Assembly: GCF_026210795.1 (NCBI RefSeq)
Contig: NC_089429.1
Span: 2,294,001 to 2,358,000 of the forward strand
Direction: 5' to 3'
From: Rhizophagus irregularis
Lineage: Eukaryota
Length of the DNA: 64,000 nt
The notes under the pieces were generated by a model. That model saw nothing but the letters and a program-made list of their open reading frames with translations, made no database searches and was not told the DNA's origin. Both the position numbers and the translations under genes were made by a program. Positions 53,688-64,000 of the stretch are shown here, in pieces. Numbering within the stretch: the stretch's first letter is position 1; every line of letters begins with the position of its first letter.

Positions 53688-56600
53688 ATGAACGAAACTG
53701 CTGCACCTAAAAAGAAAACATTGAAAGTAGTTGAAGATGGCGCGGAACAAGTAGAAGCCGCGACAAATGTAGCAGTACCATTTGCAAATTTTTTACCATT
53801 TATAGAAGAGGTGTCCAGGTTACTTAAAGAAATCGTAGATATATATCAAACAGCAGTAATTAATAAAGGAATATGTGGTGTAATGTTAGATAGAGTAGCC
53901 ATAGCTGAATCAGCTACAAAAAAATTCTTAAAAGTCCGAGAGAATGAAGAATTTTTTTCAGCAGAAAATTATGTTAATTTACAAAAATTAGTTACCGTAG
54001 TTGGTAAAATACGTAAATTTCTAGCAGAAATTTCTCAAGTTAGGGGATTAAAAAAACATACGCAAGCTAAAAATATTGAAAAGACTGCAATGGATTTAAA
54101 TAAAGAATTTGATTCTACCATTCAACTTTTGGAATTTGCTTTCATGGTTGATTTCAGTTTACGTGATGATATTGATAATAAAAAGATCAGAGCTGATATC
54201 GAAGATTTAATTGAGGTAATGTGTTTGATATAAATAATTGACATTTTAATTTTTAATACGCATGAGATAAATATAGTAAATTTAATAAATATTCATAATA
54301 GAATCTTCAAGCAATCGGAGGTGGTGGTGGTAGATTTGATCCGAATAAAAATGTCTCCACAATAATGGATAAATCCGAAACTAACATATTTCAAAGTGAA
54401 TTACTTCCATATAATGATTTTGAAGAAGTTGAAGTTGGAGAAAATGTTGGTAAAAAAATAAAAAAATATAAAAGAATAAAAAATGGGGTTAATGATTTCG
54501 TTGTATTAAAATTAGTAGCAGATGAAAGTATTAAGGAAGAGGCTAAGAATAATATTAAAAATCAAGTTACAATTTTAAGTAAATTAGAAGAATGTGATAA
54601 TATTATTCAATTTTTTGGTTTAACTACTATTGATGGTAATAAATGGTTTTTAGTAACTGAATGGGCTGAATATGGTAATTTACGCGAATTTTATAATACT
54701 TTTGGACCACTTGATGTTAAGGCGAAAGTACTATTTGCTATTGATATTTCTAGAGGTTTAAGTTTCTTGAATGCTGTTGAGGTAATTATCTTTGATGAGG
54801 GTTTCTTGTTTTAAAATTATATTTATATACGTTTATATATTTAACCATTTCTTGATTTCCTATAAATAGATTGTTCATTGTGATATAAGAGCCGAGAATA
54901 TTTTAATTACAGATTATCAAACGGCCAAGATCGCAAATTTTAGTTCAAGTAAAGCCGTAACTGATGTTACAAAAAACCACAAAACAACACTAGAACGTGT
55001 TCGATATTGTGCTCCAGAAAATTCAGAAAAATTAGGAACACAAACTAAATATAATACAAAGAGTGAAATTTATAGTTTTGGTATCTTACTTTGGGAAATC
55101 GCCGAAGAAAAAGTTCCTTATGCGAATTATAACGATATTATGGCTATTACTGAACTTGTTGGTGAAAAAAAATACCGTGAACCATTTTCTGATGCTTCTC
55201 CTTTACCAAAAGAATATCAAGATATTGCAAAAAAAGGTGTATTCATCAAAATTTTCACTTATCTTTTTATTTATAATATTAACTTTTGTAAATATCTATC
55301 TATATTTTAGCTGTTGATCATGATCCAAATTATAGGCCTTCATTTACAAAGATATTTACCGTATTACAAGATCTATATATGAAAACTTCTTCTAATTCTA
55401 TTGGTTCTTCTAGTCCTATTGGTTCTGTAAGACGACAAAGAATCTTGTTGAAAGATTTCATTAATTCTCTTTCTTTAAAGAGTATTACTTACTTACTATA
55501 TATTTATTTAAAAATCAGGAATGGATCAAAAAGAAAATGGAGGAAGAAGATATTAATTACTTTGAATATAATGAATTTAGCAAACCTATTCCAATTGGTA
55601 AAGGAGGATTTGGCTTTGTGCATAAAGCGGAAACTAATGATAAAAAACAAGTTGCATTGAAAGGTCTCATAGATTCAGTAATCGATGAAAATGTTATTAA
55701 AAACTTCGTAAAAGAGGTAAGAATCGTATTTAAATCCATCATAATGTATAAGTAGCTTGTAATAAAAACTATTCTTTTAGTTAAAACTTCTTCGTATGGT
55801 CAGCTATCATGACAATATTAATAGATTTCTTGGAATAACAAAAGGTAGTCTAATTTATTGAATTCATTCTTATAAATTTAATTAATTATATTTTAAATTA
55901 AATGGGCAGATAATATTGGTTATGTTATGGTATTGGAATACGCTAATGAAGGAAATTTAAGAGAATATTTAGAAAAAAAATTTGATTCATTACAATGGGA
56001 GAATAAGATTCAAATGGCATTAGATATTACACGCGGATTATTATGTTTACACTCGAGGAACATAATTCATAGAGATTTGGTAAATCAATAATTTATAATT
56101 TATTTATTTTTATTACATTTTTCTTAAATAATAATTTTTAGTAACGTTTACAATTATTCTTTAGCACTCAAAAAATATATTAGTGAATGACGGTAAATTA
56201 TTAATTGCAGACTTTGGATTATCTAAACAATTAACGGAAGTTACATCTAATTCAACAAGTAACAGGATGGGAATTATTGAATATGTTGAACCACAATGTA
56301 TAAGGAATGTAAATTATGTAAAAGATAAAAGGTCTGATGTTTATAGCTTAGGTGTTTTATTATGGGAGATTACAAGTGGTCGACCTCCTTTTTGTCATAT
56401 GGTAGAACGAGATATGTTAGGTTATCACATTAGTCGTGAGAATCTTAGAGAAGAACCAATTGAAGGTACGCCTTTAGAGTATCAACAACTTTATCAAAAA
56501 TGTTGGGATGGAGATCCGGAGAAAAGACCCGATATTAATCAAATATATAAAGAAATTTTAAGTCAATCCAATGTCAATGATATTAGCGAACAATCCGAAG

Positions 56601-56689
56601 ATTCATTAGTAAATAATGATAGTCTTGATAATTTAAACATACAATCAGCCCAATCAGATCTATGCATAAAAACCGAATTGGTATTATAA
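53688..56689 (+). CDS. MLKL-like helical N-terminal domain + pseudokinase + TKL kinase (tandem-kinase protein), about 815 aa, 8 exons
   Basis: Exons 53688-54215, 54302-54781, 54870-55236, 55311-55426, 55519-55716, 55781-55844, 55910-56079 and 56165-56689 are all GT-AG and total 2448 nt in one frame. Domain 1 has no Gly loop, HCD and NFS. Domain 2 has GKGGFG, VALK, HRDLHSKN and DFG. Confidence 0.8.
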
Positions 56690-57839
56690 ATAGGTTATAT
56701 AAATGAGATGAGATTTAATCAAAAGATATTATCTTCGCTTTTATCAAAAGATATATATCTTTTGTATTTTTCCATACAGAGTCCCAATATTTATTAACAT
56801 CAATCAAATGATTCAATCAGCTATATTGTTATGGTTTCCATAAACTTGCTGGATTCAAAGTTAGCTACATAATAATTAAAGACCATTTGATGCTTGTTTA
56901 TCTTTCCTGAACGTGAGATGTAATCTTCAGTTGTTAACTCACACTTCAATTCTGCTATTTGCCTTCTATGTTAAGATTTGGTGTTTCTTTTTGGCCATCA
57001 CTTGAATATCTACTAAGGAATACTAATGAATCATGTACTGTACAGTGCAATAAGTATAGCACCTAGAAATTTCCTATTATAATATGTTTTCAAACATCCT
57101 CTTTAAAAATCTTATTAAATTTTTATTAATCAGAGTATTGAAAGCAACAGCATACATCATAAGACTCATAATAAAAATTTTATTAAATGATGCATATATA
57201 AAAAGCACGAATTAACGTGCCTACTACTACTACATTTGTTAAGCATAGACACGAAACACATCATATGATTTGTACACTATTTGTACTGAATGTACATTTA
57301 TTTCCAGAATATCCTTGGAACATTCAGGTATTAAGTAAATTAGGACATGCCAAAAAACTTGATATAGTACGTACGTTTGTTAAAATCTAAATTTTTTACA
57401 CTAGTATGTACGATTATTTAAAATATTTCTGTACGTATTTGTTTTTTTAAACATGAAATAGAAACAATAGAACCATTTAATATTTAAATTATTTAGCTCC
57501 ACAATAATTACAGGAATATTCAGTATTTACGAAGCAAAGTTTGCATTACAAATTACAAAATACCTGGATATATTAAAATAAAATACCTATTTTGCAATTC
57601 CAGTTCAATACTTAATGTAAATTTGAATTTCCAAATTTTCAACTTGAATTACTTGAATTTCATTTTTAATATATTACAAATATCATGACGTAATCACTTT
57701 TCTTTAGTATCTATCAAAACTTTTTTCTTTTACAAGGATTTTTGGTCTCAGATTTTTTATTATATGTATCTTTAATAAAAGAAATGTATTTTATATTAAA
57801 ATAAATATATTACATAATAATAAACTTTTACCTTTATGA

Positions 57840-58150
57840 TTTGATGCAATTTGCTGTCTTTTACTTCACTTTTATCACATCTTGTATGTAGAGTATTTTT
57901 AATATTTAATCATGTCTTTTATCACTAAAAAATTATTTCCTTCTTTATTAATTAAAGCACGAGTTGCTTCTGCCATATTAGTATTATTTCCATATTTGTC
58001 AAAATACAATGCTCCATTTTGGACATACAGTATTATTTATGCAATTATCCATATAGTCTTACAATATTTTGCCCATTATAGAAATACTTAGTTTCATCTA
58101 ACTTTGAATAAATTAATTTACCTTTTGCATCAGCATTTAGTCTGAGGATT
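57840..58150 (-). pseudogene. Possible decayed Mutator-like transposase fragment
   Basis: WAKYCKTIWIIA and NNTNMAEATRALINKEG resemble the TNxxE region of MULE-type DDE proteins; short and broken. Confidence 0.35.
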
Positions 58151-59517
58151 CAATTTCATTTAAAATGGATTCAACAGATTCTTGTGAAGTAACATTAATA
58201 ATAGATTTGCTAACTTATATATTTCTTACATTAAATAGATTTCTATATTATAAATAAATTAGTACTTAATTTTTTTAATTAAATATAAATATTATAAAAC
58301 AAATCACTAACCATTATATCTGAATTACAAAAGATAAAGATTTAGATAATTATGAAAATGAAAATATTAAAATTCTTTTAGAACAAGAACAATGTAATAA
58401 AATTCAGTATAATATAGTAAGATAAAATCTACTAACATATTTTTTTTAAGATCAATGTTCTGATTTTCAGTATTATTCTAATACACATCACATTACATAC
58501 CCATATTCATGTAAACAGGACGGACATGCTTATTACAATATTAACTTAAACTACTTACAAAACTTAATCAATAATGCTTGGATTTGGTTAAAAAAAATTA
58601 AATATAAAAGTTAAAATAAGATAAATTTATAAATAAAATTTGAAGATACATTAATATCTGAAATTTTCAATTGGAGCAAAATTAATGGATCTATATATTA
58701 TGTGATAAAATCGAATAATCGCATTAAAAATTGATGGCAGAAGATGAATATGTATAGCAGAAGGTTAAAACTTTACATAGATATTCTTTACATCATATAT
58801 AATCTATGAAAAAAATAATACAATACTTGCTCTCATAATACAGGTTTTTTACTTGTAAAGATTTCAGCTAATTATAATATTTGCTTATTAAAAATTAAAA
58901 GGTTATTACTTATAAAAGTTAGCCAATAATGATTTGATTTGGATAAAAATCTATTTAATTTAAATTTGATATAAAATGAGACTTTTAGTAAATTTTGGTA
59001 ATATTCTGATATATGAAATTTTTCAATGAAGTAAAAAAAAATATAATGATAAAATTGTGGATGATTGACAAATGATCGGTAAAATTGAAGTGATAAAATG
59101 AAGATGTTCGCCTTGTTATTCATATATACATGTTAAAAAAATCATAAGCCTAATGTTTGTGCAAACTAACTATTTATTAATTATTTACTTAATTTTAAAA
59201 TAAAAATGGTTTCAGAAAATATTATTCACTATGAAGCATTTAATTTACTATGATCTCATTATTCCATTTTGTTTATTACTTAAATGTCTTAGAAAAACAT
59301 GTAACTGGCCCTTAGTGCTAATCGTTATAATAAAATTAATCAACAATGCTTTCAGATTTGTCACCAAACATCTCATTAAAATTTCAAAGAACTGTATTGT
59401 CTTTAACTGATCTACTAATAATTTGATCTTAAATCGTTTTTTATGTAATTTTTTCTGTAACAAATATTTGCCATCATTAACTTTTAACTTCAAAATTATC
59501 TATTTAAATCAGCTTTA

Positions 59518-60838
59518 CAGTTCACGACATAAATATCCGGAATTTTATCACAATATGTAAAAATATAATAAATTTTATTTTTTTTATTTCAAATTTATAC
59601 CATTAATAGCTTAAGATGTGCAGATAAACATACTTTAAAAGTTAGTAATTTATCGTATAACCATTATTTTCTATGACCATGTTAATCCGATCTGACATGC
59701 TATCTGCTAAACTAAAGAAGAGATTTTTATCAATATTATCCCATTCTTGCTGAATTACGCCTTGAAAATCATTAGCACCAAGTGATTTTTTTTTCATAAC
59801 CCAATTATTAACCCTTCTTTCTACATTTCCTTTAAGAATCGCCCATAAATTTTCGATGGGGTTCAAGTCAGGTGAGTTTGCAGGCCAATCAATAACCGGA
59901 ACATTATTAATCACAAAAAATTGATGAGTAAGCTTTGCGGTATGCATTGGCGCATTGTCCTGCTGAAAATTCCATCCATAACCAGCATGATAAGCATTAG
60001 GAAGTAGTTGAGATTGAAGGATTTCACGGTATTTAGCAGAATTCATGTTTTCTGTAAATAATGCAACTCCAATTGGCCCTTGGCGGCAAAATGCACCCCA
60101 AACATGAACCTTATATGGATGTTTTACCATAGGATGTACTGGATGTGGGTTTCCAGCCTTGTAACGTACAATTTGAGTATTACGAAACGTCTGAAATGTA
60201 CTTTCATCTGAAAAAATTGTGTGAGTCCAGTCATCTTGGATGTGATTTAAGGCCCATTGAAGACGAGCTTCAACATGACTTTCTTTAAGAAGAGGAACAG
60301 ACCATGGTCTACAAACAATATAATTAAGTTTATTTTTAAGAGTACGTTATACAGTTCGGGTTGATACATTAAGATCTGGATACAAATTATTCAGCTTTGT
60401 TGTCATTAAAGCTGAAGTTGTTGCATTATCATTTTTAAGAAGACGGCCAAGATATCGACGTTTTTTGGTGTCAAAACAAGAGGACGACCAGGGAACGGGT
60501 AAGTGTTCAACACTTCCTGTTTTTTTTAGACGATTGATAATGTCATATACTGTAGACTTTGGAAAACCAGTCATTTTAATTATTTCAGAGGGTTTTCGTA
60601 TATTATTATCCCATAGCTCCTTAACAGTCAACCTTTGCATTTCAAATACCGAAGTGGGTGCCATGATTTTATTTTGCTGCTAATAAACAATCAGGTGAGA
60701 ATTTTTCACGCTATATTTATGTTTAAAAAGGGCTGATCAACTTCCATTTTAATTATTATTTTGGTTGCACAAGACTTGGTGTGACAGCACTCCTTTATGC
60801 ATAAAAATAAAAATTCCGAATATTTATGTCGTAAACTG
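59518..60838 (-). mobile_element. Full-length Tc1 (DD34E) transposon, 1321 bp
   Basis: About 30-bp TIRs CAGTT(C/T)ACGACATAAATAT(C/T)CGGAATTTTAT with TA TSD on both sides. Confidence 0.95.
59642..60664 (-). pseudogene. Tc1 transposase with an internal stop codon
   Basis: HTH N-terminus; FSDES, QQDNAP and SPDLNPIE give DD34E. TAA at 60349-60347 interrupts an otherwise continuous frame. Confidence 0.9.
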
Positions 60839-61284
60839 TACATGACAATGTTTAAAGTCAGAATATCCTTTTTTGCTAGGGTTAGTATACATTAACCTCA
60901 TCTTCTAATAATAAATCTGAATCTTGCTGTAATTATCTTATTGAATAAATAAATAATCTAAAATAAAATTATCAATAATAAATAGTCTTAACATATTTGC
61001 AAAATAGCTTTTTCAATCTAATATTGCGATCCAATCTGTTATTTATTACTCATCTGAATATTTACCAAATACATCTGAATATACAAATAAATATTTTTTT
61101 AGCATATTTTTTTCATAATTTTGGCCAGAATATTGAAATTACCATATTTAGTCATTGTATAACTACTGGTTTCCTTTTTTGGAGGTCATCTAAAGTGGAG
61201 CAAATCATGTGATTTAGTGTAATTTTAATTAGATTAATTTTTTACAAAGAAAGATTAATAGAAACTTTAAAATCATAATATAGA

Positions 61285-61610
61285 CGTATTTTTATCTGCT
61301 TTGCAAGTTTACTTAAGGAAAAAAGTGGATTTTGAATATTGTTTTTGACTTTACATATGATTGAACGAAACTTTACTAATCATATCCAAAAATGGATAAC
61401 AAAATTGAAAAAGTCAAATAAATTAAAAACAGCATTTAAAACCCTACTTTGTGCTTGAAGTAAACTTGCAGAGTAGGCAAAAATGCATTTAAAATGTTTA
61501 TTTAAAATAATTGAATATATGGTAAAAAGTTTTATTTTATAAAAACAATTTTTTTCTAAATTACATGATTTGCCCCGCTTTAGACGATCTCCTTTTTTGA
61601 TAATACAGTA
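61285..61610. mobile_element. MITE remnant carrying the same internal inverted module as 26514
   Basis: ctgctttgcaagtttacttaagg (about 61297) and cttgaagtaaacttgcagagtag (about 61454). Confidence 0.5.
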
Positions 61611-61829
61611 CACATTTCACAAAAATTTGTTTCTATTTTTAAATATTATTAAATATAAAATATTGTATAATAATAATTACCAAAAAAAAAATTTTTATTA
61701 TTGATTATTTAATTTCAGCCAGAATTATAATTGATAGTTTATACAAATTATCCAAATGATCCATTTTTCATATTCAGATTTATTTGTGATCTGACTGAAA
61801 TTCTGATAGATGACTCGAATGAATTTTGA

Positions 61830-62180
61830 ATCAGATAAATCTGCAAATTGATGGATTAACAGATCAACAGATCATCAGAAAATTTTTTAAGATGCAGAAC
61901 TGCGGAAATCTGTAAAATTAGCAGATCTCCGTATTTTTTATATGAATTTATGTGGAAGTCTGCGATTTTGCAGATCTTCACTTTTTAATTTTTACAAAAT
62001 TTTGCAATAATCTGCGATTTTGCAGATTTCTGCTTTTTTTTATGTGAATTTATGCAAAAGTCTGCGATTTTGCAGATTTCTACTTTTCTTTTTATGTAAA
62101 TTTTTGCAGAAGTCTGCGATTTTGCAGATTTTCACTTTTATTTTTCATTGAAATATCAGTTCAATCTGCAATTTTATCAT
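61830..62180. repeat. About 51-bp-period repeat with palindromic core TCTGCGATTTTGCAGAT
   Basis: Cores at about 61959, 62010, 62061 and 62113; the sequences between cores are similar to each other. Confidence 0.8.
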
Positions 62181-62439
62181 TTTGATTAACTCTAACTGTC
62201 ATGTGAGATGATCAGTCACTAGCTGAATTTAGACATTATTTAAACTATTTGATAAAGTTCAAAACTTAATCTTTTTCTCTTAAAAAGTTTCGAAGCTAAC
62301 TAAAAAGACGAAATTTTTTTAAAAAAAAACTAACTTTTGTAGGGACTCCAGCCCTACAAAGTTTCTGAAAATTTCGAAGTACAGGACAAACGTAAATAGT
62401 AATTTCGTCCAACTTTGAAGTTTATTTTAAAATTTCGAA

Positions 62440-63495
62440 GGTAAGATCAAAATTTTACTTTTTATTTTTACTTTCAGTTCTAAACGAAACGTTTCTAAAC
62501 GTTTCAAAAATTTATTTTTTTAATTTAATTGTTTTATCAAAACATTTGTTAATGTTTCAAAATTTTTATTTTTTATTTTATTTTTAACAAAACGTTTTTT
62601 AACATTTCGAAATTTTTTTATCTTAAAATTTCTAAACGAACCGTTACTAAATATTTTGATTTTTTTTTTAACTTTTAAATGGAACGTTTTTAACATTTCT
62701 TTTTTTTTTATTTTAATTATTTTTATCAAAACGTTTTTTAATGTTTCAATTTTTTATTTAACGAAACATTTTTTAACGTTTTAAAATTTTATTTTAAAAA
62801 AATTTTATCAGAACGTTTATTAACATTCTGATTTTTTATTTACTTTCTAAACAAAACGTTTTTAAACATTTCAATTTTTAAACTTTAAACAGAACAGTTT
62901 TTTAACATTCCATTTTTTTTATTTTAATTATTTTTATCGAAACATTCTTTAATGTTTCAATTTTTTATCTTTAAATTTTTTAACAAAACATTTTTTAACG
63001 TTTTGAAATTTATTTTAAAAAAATTTATCAGAATGTTTGTTAATATTCCGATTTTTTATTTACTTTTCAAACGAAACGTTTTTAAACGTTTTGATTTTTA
63101 AACTTTTAAACAGAACGTTTTTTTACGTTCCATTTTTTTATTTTTGATTTTTTATCAGAACGTCTGTTATCATTCTGAATTTGAATTATTCCTTAACGAA
63201 ACATTTTTTAATGTTTTGAAATTTTACTTTAAAAAAAGGAACGTTAAAGAACATTCCGATTTTTTGATCTTTTTTTATTAAAACGTTAAAAAATGTTTCG
63301 ATTTTATTTTTGATTTTTAAACAAAAAGTTTTTAATGTTTTGAAATTTTTTTAATTTTTTTTCATATCGAAATGTTTATTAACGTTTCGATTCATTTTTT
63401 TATTAACGAAATGGTTTTTAACGTTTTGATTTCTTTCTTATTCTTTTATCGGAACGTTTATTAACATTCCGATTTTTTTTTCAAATTTTTTTGTA
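62440..63495. repeat. Degenerate AT-rich tandem repeat array (aaacgttttttaacgtttc-like units)
   Basis: Recurring aacgttt/aacattt motifs over about 1 kb, with a longer higher-order repeat. Confidence 0.8.
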
Positions 63496-63513
63496 AGGTT
63501 CTGGCGATTTCTA

Positions 63514-64000
63514 CAGTCAAAGTTCTCTATAACGAATTTCTGTATTCCGAATTTTACGCCATTGCGAATCACATGAGTGGTACCAATTTTTTATTAAATA
63601 AAATAATTAAAAATAACGAATTTTTATAGTAAATCCTACCATTGCGTATAACGAAAATGAAGATCCGTACAATTATTAATAAAATGAATCTTTAATTAAC
63701 AAATTTATTTTATAATGAATTTTTATAATGACTGTAACGAATTTTTTTTTAACGAATTTCACGTTAAAATGTAAGGGATATAACGAAATTTCCATTAATA
63801 GAAAGTTTCACGTTATAAATTAAACAATCGTGTGAATTTTTTTTTGATAATTGATCATTTTATTTCAGATGCCTCAAGAAAAAAGACAAAAAACTTCTAA
63901 AGGTAAAGAGAAAGCTTCTTATATAAAACGAACCAGAGCCTCTCTTACAGGTGCTCAAAAACAAGAAGTTTGTCTAAAAAAGTTGCAGAAACTAACACCT
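63514..64000 (+). mobile_element. Left end of a pogo/Tigger-like transposon
   Basis: TA|CAGTCAAAGTTCTCTATAACGAA terminus, repeated TAACGAA subterminal motifs, and a following ORF. Confidence 0.75.
63869..64000 (+). CDS. N-terminus of a CENP-B/pogo-type transposase (partial)
   Basis: Open frame MPQEKRQKTSKGKEKASYIKRTRASLTGAQKQEVCLKKLQKLTP to the window edge; the R.SLT..QK.E.C pattern is typical of a CENP-B-type HTH. Confidence 0.7.
   Translation, partial: MPQEKRQKTSKGKEKASYIKRTRASLTGAQKQEVCLKKLQKLTP

Noticed and set aside
58225..58325. Possible second microexon cluster (8-nt and 13-nt AG..GT segments on the minus strand)
   Set aside because: No regular spacing, lengths not frame-neutral and no start exon; compatible with chance.
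61830..62180. CRISPR-like palindromic repeats at regular spacing
   Set aside because: Cores are only about 17 bp, the spacers resemble each other, there are no cas genes and the context is eukaryotic. Better explained as transposon subterminal or tandem repeats.
62520..62729. 69-aa basic ORF
   Set aside because: Lies within the AT-rich tandem repeat array.

Overview
Very AT-rich eukaryotic DNA with short GT-AG introns. The gene families (TKL kinases with HRDxHSxN motifs, intronless F-box/LRR genes, an MLKL-like kinase, REase-like relics) and the dense MITE, Helitron and LINE content fit an arbuscular mycorrhizal fungus (Glomeromycotina, Rhizophagus-like); that assignment is inference. Apparently intact genes are two tandem Cys-rich TKL kinases, two F-box/LRR genes, and an 8-exon, about 815-aa gene joining an MLKL-like helical domain, a pseudokinase and an active-looking kinase. 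The most unusual signal is at the left edge and is invisible to the ORF track: a minus-strand gene (MGQSNGKEIEEDK...) whose coding sequence continues as a run of 3-nt microexons, each with canonical splice sites. The rest is pseudogenes (UBX/LRR, kinase, F-box, REase-like), a 5'-truncated LINE with a 16-bp TSD, two Helitron 3' ends, a full-length dead Tc1, the start of a pogo-like element and many MITEs. I recognised no rRNA, tRNA or CRISPR array. All splice models and domain calls were made by eye and are unverified.
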